This document shows positions 1-9,732 of a stretch of DNA of 64,000 bases, in pieces. The translations under genes and the position numbers were made by a program. The notes under the pieces were generated by a model that was given only the letters and a program-made list of their open reading frames with translations, did not search any database and was not told where the DNA came from. The stretch covers positions 1,042,720 through 1,106,719 of the forward strand of contig JAXGZN010000001.1 in NCBI GenBank assembly GCA_040776945.1. The letters are read 5' to 3'. The number at the start of each line of letters is the position of its first letter. The first letter of the stretch is position 1. This DNA is from Methanomassiliicoccaceae archaeon. GTDB taxonomy: Archaea > Thermoplasmatota > Thermoplasmata > Methanomassiliicoccales > Methanomassiliicoccaceae.

Positions 1-902
1 GCCAGCATGCGCTTGATGTTGGTCTGCTGCAGCGCCACCACGTTACCGATGGTCATTGTCAGGATGGCCAAGATGGCGGCCAGAATCTGCCAGTCGGCCT
101 TAAGGGCGATCAGCGCTACAAGGAACACCTTGAACAGCAGCACCATCCCCATCTTCTTGGAGCCGGCCGCTAGCAGGCCTGAGATGGGCGTAGGCGCTCC
201 CTCGTACACGTCCGGGGCCCACTGATGGAAGGGCACTATTGCCACCTTGAACCCGAACCCTGCGAGGAGCATCGCTATGGCTAGCCATGCAGCGGGGTTC
301 AGTCCCGAGGACATAGCGGCAAGGCCTGAGTTGATGCCCTCAAGGTTGGTGGTCCCGGTGATCCCATACAGCAAGGAGATGCCATATAGGGACAGCGCCG
401 ACGACATGCCGCCGATGACCAGGTACTTGACCGCGGCCTCCGCGCCCCGCTTGTCCCTCTTGCGGAAGGCGACCAGTGCGTAGGAGGAGAGCGATGCGGT
501 CTCCAGGCCGACGAACAGAGAGATCAGGTCTACGGCCATGGCCACAACGATCATGCCAGAGGTGGCCAGCATGATGAGGGAGAAGTACTCGGCCTGATGG
601 CGGTCCTTCTCGATGTACCTGGCAGAGGCCAGCACGACATACAGGGCCACGAACTGGAACACCAGCGCGAACAGGGCAGCGAAAACGTCGAGCCGCAGCA
701 GCAGGACGGTCTCCCCGCCCATCATCGCCGGATATCCGTTGAGCATATAGTAGATCACGAAGCCCATGGAGGAAAGGATGCCCACCACGGAGACCCCGGC
801 CAATGACCGGCTGGATTTGGCCACCAGGTTCACCGCGGGCAACGCCGCGGCAAAGATGACCATTACCAGCACAGGATACAACGCACTATAGTCTAGAGCC
901 AT
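1..902 (-). CDS. fpoN: Fpo/NADH-quinone oxidoreductase subunit N (3' end runs off the window)
   Basis: Minus-strand ATG at 902 (MALDYSALYPVLVMVIFAAAL...). Hydrophobic frame containing EAAVKYL and GFKVAIVPFHQWAPDVYEGAPTP. Follows fpoM. Not in the ORF track because it has no stop in the window. Confidence 0.9.
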   Translation of the reverse strand, partial: MALDYSALYPVLVMVIFAAALPAVNLVAKSSRSLAGVSVVGILSSMGFVIYYMLNGYPAMMGGETVLLLRLDVFAALFALVFQFVALYVVLASARYIEKDRHQAEYFSLIMLATSGMIVVAMAVDLISLFVGLETASLSSYALVAFRKRDKRGAEAAVKYLVIGGMSSALSLYGISLLYGITGTTNLEGINSGLAAMSSGLNPAAWLAIAMLLAGFGFKVAIVPFHQWAPDVYEGAPTPISGLLAAGSKKMGMVLLFKVFLVALIALKADWQILAAILAILTMTIGNVVALQQTNIKRML

Positions 903-903
903 T

Positions 904-2400
904 TTAGATCACCCCGGTCAGTATGCGGGGAATCGACGGCACGATGATGTCCATCACCAGTCTAGGATAGATGCCGAACAGTGCGATGAGGCCGATAAGT
1001 ACCGCCAGAGGGACGGTCTCGAACCAGTAGGCATCGTGAATGTGTTCGGTATCTATCTTGGTGGTCAGGCTGCCGAATATCGACCTCTGCATGGCCCATA
1101 TATAGTACGCGGCGGTCAGCGCCACGCTGGCGATGGGGACTATCACCCAAAGGTCGAAGAAGTCGTAGGTGGCGGTGAACACCGAGAACTCGGCCACGAA
1201 CCCCACCAGACCAGGAAGCCCCAGGGAGGCCATGAACCCGATCATCATTACCGTTGACAGTACGGGTACTTTCGGCGCCAGGCCGCCCAGCAGAGGTATC
1301 TCCCTCGTGCCGGCCTTATGCTGGAACATGCCGCAGGTCATGAAGAGGACGGCCGTTATCAATCCATGGGCGAACATCTGGAACACTGCCGCGGCCATAC
1401 CTAGATCGGTCAGGGTGGCGATACCAAGGAGCACTATTCCCATATGGCTGATCGACGAGTATGCGACCATCTTCTTCAGGTCGGTCTGCGCCAGGCAGGC
1501 GAACGCGCCATAGACGATGGACAGTACGCCGATGATCGCAATGAGCACCTGCGCCTCGACCGTGATGTCGGGGAAGGTGAACACGCAGATCCTGATGATA
1601 CCGTACGACCCCATCTTTAGCAGAAGGCCGGCCAGAAGGACCGATCCAGCGGTAGGGGCCTGAACGTGAGCGTCCGGTAGCCAGGTGTGGAAGGGCACCA
1701 TCGGCATCTTGACTATGAAGCCGAAGAACAGCGCAGCATAGATGATCAGCTGCAGGGCATGCCCGATGTCCCCGGACACCGAGGCTATCTCTATCATGTC
1801 GAAGCTGGGGGCTCCCAACAGGGGGCTCGCCGTGAAGTACAGGGCGAATATGCCCAGCAGCATGAACAGCGAGGCCACGTGAGTGTATATGAAGAACTTG
1901 ATGGAAGCATATGCTCGGCTCGGTCCTCCCCATATCGCTATGAGGAAGTACATCGGGATCAGCACGACCTCCCAGAATATGTAGAAGAGGAAGTAGTCCA
2001 GAGCCGTGAACACGCCCAGCACTCCGACGTCCAGCAGCAGCATGAGCCCCATGTACGAGCTGGTCCGCTCCTCGACATCCCACGAGAACAGGATGGCCAG
2101 GAAGACCAGCAGGGCCGAAAGGAACACCATCAGCATGCTTATGCCGTCGACGCCCAGGTGGTAAGATATGCCCAACATGGGCACCCAGTCATATGCCTCA
2201 TCGAACTGGAACTCCGTGCCCAGCGGGGCGCTGAGCGAGAAGTTCATGATAATGAGGGTCGCGATGACCAAGGTGATCCCGGAAAAGACCAGGGCCAGGT
2301 ACCTTGCGGCCTTGGCATGCTTGCCCGCTGCGAACGTCATCATCGATCCGATCAGAGGAACGATCAGCAGCAGGGACAGTATGGGGAAGTTCTCGAACAT
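904..2400 (-). CDS. fpoM: Fpo/Nuo antiporter-like subunit M
   Basis: 498 aa hydrophobic ORF with LGVDGIS, FWEVVLIPMYFLI, VKMPMVPFHTWLPDAHVQAP and KKMVAYSSISHMG. Confidence 0.95.
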   Translation of the reverse strand: MFENFPILSLLLIVPLIGSMMTFAAGKHAKAARYLALVFSGITLVIATLIIMNFSLSAPLGTEFQFDEAYDWVPMLGISYHLGVDGISMLMVFLSALLVFLAILFSWDVEERTSSYMGLMLLLDVGVLGVFTALDYFLFYIFWEVVLIPMYFLIAIWGGPSRAYASIKFFIYTHVASLFMLLGIFALYFTASPLLGAPSFDMIEIASVSGDIGHALQLIIYAALFFGFIVKMPMVPFHTWLPDAHVQAPTAGSVLLAGLLLKMGSYGIIRICVFTFPDITVEAQVLIAIIGVLSIVYGAFACLAQTDLKKMVAYSSISHMGIVLLGIATLTDLGMAAAVFQMFAHGLITAVLFMTCGMFQHKAGTREIPLLGGLAPKVPVLSTVMMIGFMASLGLPGLVGFVAEFSVFTATYDFFDLWVIVPIASVALTAAYYIWAMQRSIFGSLTTKIDTEHIHDAYWFETVPLAVLIGLIALFGIYPRLVMDIIVPSIPRILTGVI

Positions 2401-2401
2401 C

Positions 2402-4372
2402 TTAGATCACGCCTCCGAAGAGGAAGAGGAGGATGACGATGATCGACACCCCCGCTACTACGAGGGCCGCATAGGATTGCACGAAGCCGGTCTGGCCTCT
2501 GCGAACTATGTTGCCCACCTTTATGGTCACAATGGCGAACCCGTTGACGATCCCGTCGATGACCTTCCGGTCGAACCAGTCCACCGCCTTAGCAACTCCG
2601 TAGACGACCTTGAGCCCGATCCAGTCGTAGGCGGCGGTGAAGCCGTACCTCGCCAGGAGCAGACCGTAGATCTTCCGGCGGGCTGGGGTGGCCACGAAAA
2701 CGTCGGGGTTTATGGACCTCTTCCTGTACATCAGGTATGCAAGGAAAATGCCAAGCACGGCCGCGATGATGGATAGGTACGTCAGGACGTCGGTGAACAC
2801 GATCTCCAGGATCTGCGTCCACGTTTCCGCATGGGGGTGGAACATGGTAGGTTGTATGGCCTCGGAGAACCCGAAGAACAAGGCGAACCCGGAACCGAAC
2901 GCCAGCGCGGCGAGTATGGCCAGCGGCACCCACATTACCTTGGGAGACTCATGCGCATGGTCGTACACGTGATGGTCCCTAGGCTCTCCGGCGAAGGTCA
3001 TGTACCATAGGCGGAACATGTAGAAGGCGGTCATGAACGCCGTCAGGATGCCCATTATATAGAGCACATAGAACAGCGGATTCTCCGCGCCAGTCTCGAA
3101 CACCACTGCCAAGATCTCATCCTTGGACCAGAACCCTGACAGTGGCGGTATGCCTGCTATGGATATGCAACCGATCAGCATCACCAAGGAGGTTATCTTC
3201 AGCTTCTTGGACAGTCCTCCCATCAGCCTCATGTCCTCGGTGTGCACAGCGTGTATGACCGCGCCGGCGCTCAGGAAGAGCAGGGCCTTGAAGAACGCAT
3301 GGTTCATCAGGTGGAACATGCCGGACATGAAGCCGGCGTTGGTTTCCTGAGTGTGGAAGAACAGGTATCCGCCGGTGCCCAGCGCTAGGAACATGTAACC
3401 CAGCTGGCTGATGGTCGAGTAGGCGAGCACCCGCTTGATGTTGGGGTTGTTCAACGCCATGGTCGCCGCCATTAGTGCAGTTATGCCTCCGATGATGGCG
3501 ATGATGAGCATCGTGTTCGGCGTCTCCACCATGACAGGGTAGGTCCTCGCCACAAGGTAGACACCGGCCTTGACCATGGTCGCAGCATGGATGAGGGCCG
3601 ACACGGTGGTCGGGCCCTCCATGGCATCCGGCAACCAGTCATGCAGGGGGAACTGCGCGGACTTGCCGATCGCCCCGCCGAAGATGAAGAACGTTCCCAG
3701 GGTGAGCAGGTCGTTCCCCCCGAGGAAGGCGTCCACGTTGTTGAAGATATAACTGAAGTCCAGGTTGCCTTGGAACCCGACGAAGAAGATGAACAGGCCC
3801 AGCATGAACATGATGTCCCCGATCCTGGTCACCAGGAACGCCTTCTTGGCCGCAGAGGCGGCAGAAGGCTTGGTGTTCCAGAAGCCGATGAGCAGGTAGG
3901 AACATAGGCCGACGATCTCCCAGAAGATGAACATCTGCAGGAAGTTCGAAGACAGGACCAGTCCGAGCATTGCGCATATGAAGAGGGAGATCTCCGCGTA
4001 GTAGCGGCGCTTCTTCTCGCCCTCCTCATGCATGTATCCGACGGAATAGATGACGACCAGGGTGGAAATGAAGGACACCACGATCAGCATCAGGGCGGTC
4101 AGCGTGTCGATGTATATGCCCATGTTGAAGGTGAACCCGGGTACTGTCATCCAGTTCATGGACTGTATGAACGTGCCGCCGGGGTAGCCACCGGTCAATA
4201 TCTCGAACGCCACCATTAGGGACAGGAAACAGGCGACCGCAGCCATCAGGATGGCGAAATAACCGCCGTTCTCGATCCTCTTGAACGCCTTGTTGCCCAA
4301 GAACCCGACTACGACGAAGGATATCAGCGGGATGATGGGGATCAACCAGGCCAGCTCGCTCCAGTACATCAT
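2402..4372 (-). CDS. fpoL: Fpo/Nuo antiporter-like subunit L
   Basis: YSVGYM, FWEIVGLCSYLLIGFW, GKSAQFPLHDWLPDAMEGPTTVSALIHAATMV, HAFFKALLFL. ATG at 4372 overlaps the fpoK stop (TAATG). Confidence 0.95.
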   Translation of the reverse strand: MMYWSELAWLIPIIPLISFVVVGFLGNKAFKRIENGGYFAILMAAVACFLSLMVAFEILTGGYPGGTFIQSMNWMTVPGFTFNMGIYIDTLTALMLIVVSFISTLVVIYSVGYMHEEGEKKRRYYAEISLFICAMLGLVLSSNFLQMFIFWEIVGLCSYLLIGFWNTKPSAASAAKKAFLVTRIGDIMFMLGLFIFFVGFQGNLDFSYIFNNVDAFLGGNDLLTLGTFFIFGGAIGKSAQFPLHDWLPDAMEGPTTVSALIHAATMVKAGVYLVARTYPVMVETPNTMLIIAIIGGITALMAATMALNNPNIKRVLAYSTISQLGYMFLALGTGGYLFFHTQETNAGFMSGMFHLMNHAFFKALLFLSAGAVIHAVHTEDMRLMGGLSKKLKITSLVMLIGCISIAGIPPLSGFWSKDEILAVVFETGAENPLFYVLYIMGILTAFMTAFYMFRLWYMTFAGEPRDHHVYDHAHESPKVMWVPLAILAALAFGSGFALFFGFSEAIQPTMFHPHAETWTQILEIVFTDVLTYLSIIAAVLGIFLAYLMYRKRSINPDVFVATPARRKIYGLLLARYGFTAAYDWIGLKVVYGVAKAVDWFDRKVIDGIVNGFAIVTIKVGNIVRRGQTGFVQSYAALVVAGVSIIVILLFLFGGVI

Positions 4373-4674
4373 TACCACCTCAGGAGGTTGACCTCGTCAA
4401 GGCCGATGGTGTCTCTGGCCTTGTACAGGTTCAGCACTATTGCCAAGCCTACCGCGACCTCCGCGGCGGCTATCGCGATCGATACGAGAGCGAACACCAT
4501 GCCGTTCATGTTGCCCGAATAGGCGGAGAACGCCACGAAGTTGATGTTCGCGGCATTCAACATCAGCTCGATGCACATCAGCACGACGATGGCGCTCTTG
4601 CGCGTGAGGACGCCCACCGCTCCGATGATGAACAGGATGGCCGAAAGGCCAATGAAGTACTCTATCGCTATCAT
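4372..4674 (-). CDS. fpoK: Fpo/Nuo subunit K
   Basis: 100 aa with MCIELMLNAANINFV and AAAEVAVGLAI. Confidence 0.95.
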   Translation of the reverse strand: MIAIEYFIGLSAILFIIGAVGVLTRKSAIVVLMCIELMLNAANINFVAFSAYSGNMNGMVFALVSIAIAAAEVAVGLAIVLNLYKARDTIGLDEVNLLRW

Positions 4675-4901
4675 TCGTTCTCCTCCTGGGCGATGAACAC
4701 TCCTCCCAGCATGGACACGAACAGCACGATGCCGACTATGAGGACGGCAAGGCCGTACTCGTTGAACAATATGCTGCTAAGCTCGTTGTTGTCGGTCTCG
4801 ACCAGTGAACCGGCCGGCCATTGAGCGGCCATAAGCGATCCGATCACGAGGACCAGGAACGCCACCAGAGTGATACCGATCAGGACGTTGCGCCTATTCA
4901 T
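4671..4901 (-). CDS. fpoJ: Fpo subunit J, C-terminal half (J2)
   Basis: Two TM helices, ending LFNEYGLAVLIVGIVLFVSMLGGVFIA as in the NuoJ C-terminus. Lies between J1 and K. Confidence 0.8.
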   Translation of the reverse strand: MNRRNVLIGITLVAFLVLVIGSLMAAQWPAGSLVETDNNELSSILFNEYGLAVLIVGIVLFVSMLGGVFIAQEENE

Positions 4902-5166
4902 CTCGGCCACCTCCCAGCAGGCGGCGCTTGGTTAGCATGATACCGAACAGCATCAGGACAGCCACCGCGCCGACGTATATCGTTATCTGGATGATCGCAA
5001 GGTACTCCGCGCCCAGGAAGAGATAGGTGAATGCCACTCCCAGGAAGGCCAGGGTAAGCCACATGACGCTCCTGACGATCTCCTTGGACCATAGCACGGC
5101 CAGGGCCGCGATTATCGTTACCGCGGCAACGAACAGGAAAATGATGAAATCCCATGGCAGCGGCAT
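4894..5166 (-). CDS. fpoJ: Fpo subunit J, N-terminal half (J1)
   Basis: MPLPWDFIIFL... with the NuoJ motif AEYLAIIQITIYVGAVAVLMLFGIML. ATG at 5166 overlaps the fpoI stop. Confidence 0.88.
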   Translation of the reverse strand: MPLPWDFIIFLFVAAVTIIAALAVLWSKEIVRSVMWLTLAFLGVAFTYLFLGAEYLAIIQITIYVGAVAVLMLFGIMLTKRRLLGGGRDE

Positions 5167-5918
5167 CACTGCACCTCCTGCATGGTCAGGGCGTCCTTGG
5201 GACATACTTCGACACAGGTCTCGCAAGAGACGCACTTTTCCTTGTCGAAGACGGGCCTCTTGATCGGCCTGCCCTTCTCGTTTACCCCGACCTCTACCAT
5301 CTTGACTGCCCCCACTGGGCAGTCCTTGGCGCACCGGGAGCAGCTTATGCACTTCTTGTCATCCACAACCGGTAGGTCAACGTGTTCCACGTGCCGCCGG
5401 GGGGCGACCCCCTTGTTAAGCTCCGAGGGCAATATCTCTTCGATATGCACCTCGTTCCCTGGAACCCCTGGGAACTGCAGCTTGTACGGATCGTAGATCA
5501 TTTCCTCCCTAGTGTAGGCGGCCAGCTCATACTCCGGCGTGACGATCATCGCGTCAGTGGGGCAATATTCAGCGCAGAAGCCGCACATCATGCACCTGCC
5601 AACGTTGACCCTGGGGCGCTTGACCTTCTTCGGGGGTTTCCCCTCCTCGTGCTTGAGGTCATCGACCTCAACCAGCTCAATGCACCTGTTTGGGCAAATG
5701 CGCATGCAGATGCCGCACCCGATGCACTTCTCGAATATCAGTCCTGGCCTACCGCGGAACACATCCGGGAGGACAAGCTTCTCCCAGGGGTATTGAACGG
5801 TATTGGGCCGGTTTATGGTGGACTTCAAGGTCTGTTTCGCCGTAACAAGCATGGGCTTCAGGATGTAGGCGGTCAGACCGAACTCCTTCTCTCTTCTTGA
5901 CTTTTCCTTCCTCGCCAT
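5166..5918 (-). CDS. fpoI: Fpo/Nuo subunit I with an extra C-terminal 2x[4Fe-4S] domain
   Basis: TVQYPWEK and FRGRP, plus four CxxCxxCxxxCP motifs (CIGCGICMRICP, CMMCGFCAEYCP, CISCSRCAKDCP, CVSCETCVEVCP). Confidence 0.92.
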   Translation of the reverse strand: MARKEKSRREKEFGLTAYILKPMLVTAKQTLKSTINRPNTVQYPWEKLVLPDVFRGRPGLIFEKCIGCGICMRICPNRCIELVEVDDLKHEEGKPPKKVKRPRVNVGRCMMCGFCAEYCPTDAMIVTPEYELAAYTREEMIYDPYKLQFPGVPGNEVHIEEILPSELNKGVAPRRHVEHVDLPVVDDKKCISCSRCAKDCPVGAVKMVEVGVNEKGRPIKRPVFDKEKCVSCETCVEVCPKDALTMQEVQ

Positions 5919-7018
5919 CAGAATACCCCCGCGGTCTTGAACACGATTGCGATGGCGATGTTGATCGCGGCCAGGGGCAAGAGCCTCTTCCATCCAAGGT
6001 TGAGGATCTGGTCGGTCCTGACCCTGGGCAGAGCGCCCCTGACCCAGATGATTATGCCAAACACCATGAACACCTTAAGCAGGAACCAAAGCCCGACAGG
6101 TATGACGTTCAAGAAATCGGGCATGTCCCATCCTCCAAGGAAGACGAGGGTGATGATGGAAGATCCAACGAACCCCCTGGCATACTCTGACATCATGATA
6201 AGTCCGAACCTCATCCCACCATACTCGGTGCCCCATCCTTCCACCAGCTCGGCTTCCGCCTCCGGCAGGTCGAAAGGGACACGTTCCAGCTCGGCCACCA
6301 TCGATATGACAAAAGTGAAGGCCCCGATGATCATCGGAGCGATGAGCCAGACATTGTCCTGCTGCCATTGCACTATCTCAAAGAAGTTCAGGCTGCCGGT
6401 GAGGATGACCACTCCGACGACCGACAGAAGGAGCGGCACTTCGTAAGCGATAATCTGGGCCGCCGCCCGCATCCCTCCGATGAGGGTGTATTTATTATTA
6501 GAGGCCCAGCCGCCGAGCAGCACGGCGAAGGGCACTATGCCGAACAGCGCCAGCGTGAGCAGGAGGCCCAACTGGGGGTTCGATACATAGAAACCCGGGC
6601 TGTAGGGCAAGGTCACGAACATCATCAGAGAGGTCCCGATGATGACCACGGGAGCAAGGTTGTACACCAAGCTGTCCGCGGCCTCGGGAACGATGTGCTC
6701 CTTCACCAGGACCTTCAAGGCATCAGCGAAGTTCTGGAACAGGCCGATGGGACCTACCTGAGTACCGCGCCGGTCCATCAGCCGGCCGAGGGTCTTCCTC
6801 TCCTGCCAGATCAGAGTGATCGATACCAGCATGCCCACTACGAACACGATGAGCGCCACTATCAAGATGGTGACGAAGTTCAGGACGCCGGGGCTGCCCA
6901 GCCAGGCCTCGAGGCCATGGAATCCGAGCCATCCGACGAACGCTCCGATTATGTCGACCAACAGCCAGTGGATGAGGCCGCCCAATAACTGCCAAATATC
7001 CAGGTACATCGAGATCAC
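5918..7018 (-). CDS. fpoH: Fpo/Nuo subunit H
   Basis: ERKTLGRLMDRRG, GWASNNKYTLIGGMRAAAQIIAYEVP, RVPFDLPEAEAELVEG, PRVRTDQ. Confidence 0.95.
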   Translation of the reverse strand: MISMYLDIWQLLGGLIHWLLVDIIGAFVGWLGFHGLEAWLGSPGVLNFVTILIVALIVFVVGMLVSITLIWQERKTLGRLMDRRGTQVGPIGLFQNFADALKVLVKEHIVPEAADSLVYNLAPVVIIGTSLMMFVTLPYSPGFYVSNPQLGLLLTLALFGIVPFAVLLGGWASNNKYTLIGGMRAAAQIIAYEVPLLLSVVGVVILTGSLNFFEIVQWQQDNVWLIAPMIIGAFTFVISMVAELERVPFDLPEAEAELVEGWGTEYGGMRFGLIMMSEYARGFVGSSIITLVFLGGWDMPDFLNVIPVGLWFLLKVFMVFGIIIWVRGALPRVRTDQILNLGWKRLLPLAAINIAIAIVFKTAGVF

Positions 7019-8100
7019 CGATCCGTCTCGCCCATGCAGACATCGATCATGCCTAGGATCGAGGGGACGTCAGCAACCTTGTGACCTCTCAGCAGGAGAG
7101 GGGTGGCTGACAATATCACATAAAGCGGGCTTCTTACCTTGAGGCGGTAAGGCTCGTCGTCGCCCTTGCCTACCACATATATGAGGCTCTCGCCCCGAGG
7201 GTCCTCCATCCTTGCGAACCCGGTCCCAACCGGCGCGTTCCGAGGAGGCTTGACCCTGATGGGGCCGTCCTTAGGCATCTTCTTCAGGATGTCCCTGACT
7301 ATCTGGACGGACATCCTCATTTCGTCCATGCGCACCCGGTACCGGGCATAGGTGTCGCCCTCGTCGGCAGTGCACATGTGCCAATCGACCTCGTCGTATA
7401 TCTCATAGGGATCGTTGTGCCGGACATCGTACTTCACGCCGCTGGCCCTGAGGACGGGACCGGTGATGCCAAGGTTGATGGCGTCCTTTCCGGACATCGG
7501 GGCGAGGCCCTCCATCCTCATGCGGAAAACCTTGTTGCGATCCACCAGGTCCTCGTACTCATCGATCCTCTTCTCGAAGTAGTCGAGGGTCCTGAGGACG
7601 TCACGCTCCCAGTTTGGAGGCGCGGCGTTCCTCACGCCGCCGATGCGGCAATAATTATAGGTCATCCTTGCGCCGCACAGGCTCTGGAAAAGGTCCAGGA
7701 ACATCTCCCTCTCCCGAATGGCATAGAGGAAGATGGTCAGGTTGCCCAGGTCCGGACCGATGGCGGCCAGCCACATCAAGTGGTTGCCGATCCTCTGCAG
7801 CTCATCGGACATGGCCCGTATCCATTTGGCACGCTCCGGCACCTCGAGGCCCATGAGGTTCTCCACTGCCATGCAGTATACATGGCTCCAGGTGAACGAG
7901 GATCCATAGCACAATCGGTCGGCCATGGGGATGATCTGGGGATACTTGCGGTTCTCCACCATCTTCTCCCAGCCGCGATGCAGATAGCCGATGACGGGCT
8001 CAGCGTCCGTAATGGTCTCTCCGTCGACCTTGACCCTCAGGTTCCACAGCCCATGGGTCATGGGGTGCTGAGGGCCCATGTTGATCCACATCTCTGCCAT
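7015..8100 (-). CDS. fpoD: Fpo/Nuo subunit D
   Basis: MAEMWINMGPQHPMTHG, GYLHRGWEK, GPVLRASG, C-terminal IDVCMGETDR. No complete NiFe CxxC pairs. Confidence 0.95.
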   Translation of the reverse strand: MAEMWINMGPQHPMTHGLWNLRVKVDGETITDAEPVIGYLHRGWEKMVENRKYPQIIPMADRLCYGSSFTWSHVYCMAVENLMGLEVPERAKWIRAMSDELQRIGNHLMWLAAIGPDLGNLTIFLYAIREREMFLDLFQSLCGARMTYNYCRIGGVRNAAPPNWERDVLRTLDYFEKRIDEYEDLVDRNKVFRMRMEGLAPMSGKDAINLGITGPVLRASGVKYDVRHNDPYEIYDEVDWHMCTADEGDTYARYRVRMDEMRMSVQIVRDILKKMPKDGPIRVKPPRNAPVGTGFARMEDPRGESLIYVVGKGDDEPYRLKVRSPLYVILSATPLLLRGHKVADVPSILGMIDVCMGETDR

Positions 8101-8101
8101 C

Positions 8102-8566
8102 TTACGGACCCCCTGTCTTGCAGTCCTTCCGCAAGGGGAAGAAGGTGTAGTCCGCCGGCAGCAGAAGCCTCTCCATCTTCGGATGGTCCTTGAACACGAT
8201 CCCGAACATGTCATAGGCCTCCCTTTCGTGCCAGTTAGCGCCTCCCCAGAGCGGGGTTATCGAATCGATCTCAGGATTGTCGCGGGGGATGTCCACCACT
8301 ATCTCGGCGGTAATGTTGCTCGAATAGGATGTGAGATGATAGACGACCTGCATGCGGTCGCACCAGTCCACACCGGTGACCAGGCTGCATTGGTTGAACC
8401 CTAGCTGGTCCTTCATGAACATGCAGAGCTTCAGCAAGGACCCCTTGTCGGCGGTCATGAACAAACGCCGCGGCTTGACCTTGCTTTCGAACTTAACCGC
8501 AGTTGGGAACGCTTCGGAGATCCTGCTCTTGACCTGTTCTACAGTATAAGTAACGTTGTCTTCCAT
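8102..8566 (-). CDS. fpoC: Fpo/Nuo subunit C
   Basis: SITPLWGGANWHEREAYDMFGIVF and FPLRKD. Confidence 0.93.
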   Translation of the reverse strand: MEDNVTYTVEQVKSRISEAFPTAVKFESKVKPRRLFMTADKGSLLKLCMFMKDQLGFNQCSLVTGVDWCDRMQVVYHLTSYSSNITAEIVVDIPRDNPEIDSITPLWGGANWHEREAYDMFGIVFKDHPKMERLLLPADYTFFPLRKDCKTGGP

Positions 8567-8575
8567 GCTCCCACC

Positions 8576-9139
8576 TCAGTCGTCCATGAACGTGCCGATC
8601 TTCGACTTCTTGATCTTCTGGTGCAGTCTCAGGAACCCGTCTATAAGCGCCTCAGGCCTGGGCGGGCAACCGGGGATGTACACGTCCACGGGGATGAAGG
8701 TGTCTACGCCCTGAACGACATTATATGCATCATACCAGGGGCCGCCGGAGATGGCGCACTCGCCCATGGCGATGACCCACTTGGGCTCGGGCATCTCCTC
8801 GTAGAGGCGCCTCAGGGCCGGCCTCAGCTTCTTGGAGACCCAGCCGTTCACCAGGAGAACATCGCACTGTCGAGGCGAGGACCTGAAGACCAGTCCAAGC
8901 CTTTCATTGTCATATCGAGGCCCGGAACAAGCGGCCATCTCCAGGGCGCAGCAGGCTATGCCGAAGTGCAGCGGGTACATCGAGTTCCTTACGCCCCAGT
9001 TGAGCAATGGGTCCATCACCTTGTCGAGGCCCCTCTTCACACCAGTGGCGCGGACGATATCGTCCATGACGTTCGTGGACCATTCCACGAACTCCTTCGC
9101 GCTCATCGCGATAGCGTTCGGGTACGCGCTCAAATCCAT
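8576..9139 (-). CDS. fpoB: Fpo/Nuo subunit B (cluster N2)
   Basis: [39 protein letters not shown]. Confidence 0.95.
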   Translation of the reverse strand: MDLSAYPNAIAMSAKEFVEWSTNVMDDIVRATGVKRGLDKVMDPLLNWGVRNSMYPLHFGIACCALEMAACSGPRYDNERLGLVFRSSPRQCDVLLVNGWVSKKLRPALRRLYEEMPEPKWVIAMGECAISGGPWYDAYNVVQGVDTFIPVDVYIPGCPPRPEALIDGFLRLHQKIKKSKIGTFMDD

Positions 9140-9489
9140 AATCTCTCCTCCTTCCTCAGGGCATAGAACACCCCGACCAGGAGCAATCCAAAGAAGGCAA
9201 GCATCAGCATCTTTGCGTCAAAGGAAAGGTTGACGAAGTTCAAAGCCCAGATCATCAAAAAAACAGTAACGACGTCGAAAGCTACGAAGATGATCGCGAA
9301 CATATAGAACTGGAAGTGGAACTGGACCCGCGCCACCCCGATCGGCACCTCACCGCACTCGTAGGTCTCCCGCTTGAGAGCCGACGGTCTGGTAGGCCGG
9401 AAGAACTTGGTCATCCAGAACGCGAATGCGGGGACTCCTAGAGCTATAACTGCAAAGATTGCTATTGGCAAATAGGTGTCCAAGAGCAT
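9130..9489 (-). CDS. fpoA: Fpo/Nuo subunit A
   Basis: YECGEVPIG and [13 protein letters not shown]; three TM helices; first gene of the operon. Confidence 0.93.
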   Translation of the reverse strand: MLLDTYLPIAIFAVIALGVPAFAFWMTKFFRPTRPSALKRETYECGEVPIGVARVQFHFQFYMFAIIFVAFDVVTVFLMIWALNFVNLSFDAKMLMLAFFGLLLVGVFYALRKEERLWI

Positions 9490-9509
9490 TGATGCGAGAA
9501 TAGTTAGCC

Positions 9510-9522
9510 TCTATAAATACGT
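9510..9522 (-). promoter_or_regulatory. Probable TATA box of the fpo operon
   Basis: Minus strand GTATTTATAG, with TTTATA at 9512-9517, about 25 nt upstream of the fpoA ATG in an AT-rich intergenic region. Confidence 0.55.
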
Positions 9523-9732
9523 TATCAGCCGTTAACTTCACTGGCCTATCTGGACGGTCTCCCATTTAGGCTGAATTTGCCCCTTTTCTACGAAAAAATA
9601 AAATCATGATTATCAAAGAACGGAACATGATAATGACGCACCGTTTTCCGGCTAGCTTCCCCGCAGGCCTATGGAAAGTATATGTTCCCCTACTTGCAAA
9701 CAATCCTATCAATAGGCATAGGAGAGGCGAAC

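Noticed and set aside
7015-9139. Membrane-bound [NiFe] hydrogenase (Ech/Mbh) interpretation
   Set aside because: The large subunit lacks both CxxC Ni-binding pairs, and the gene order A-B-C-D-H-I-J-K-L-M-N is complex I/Fpo type
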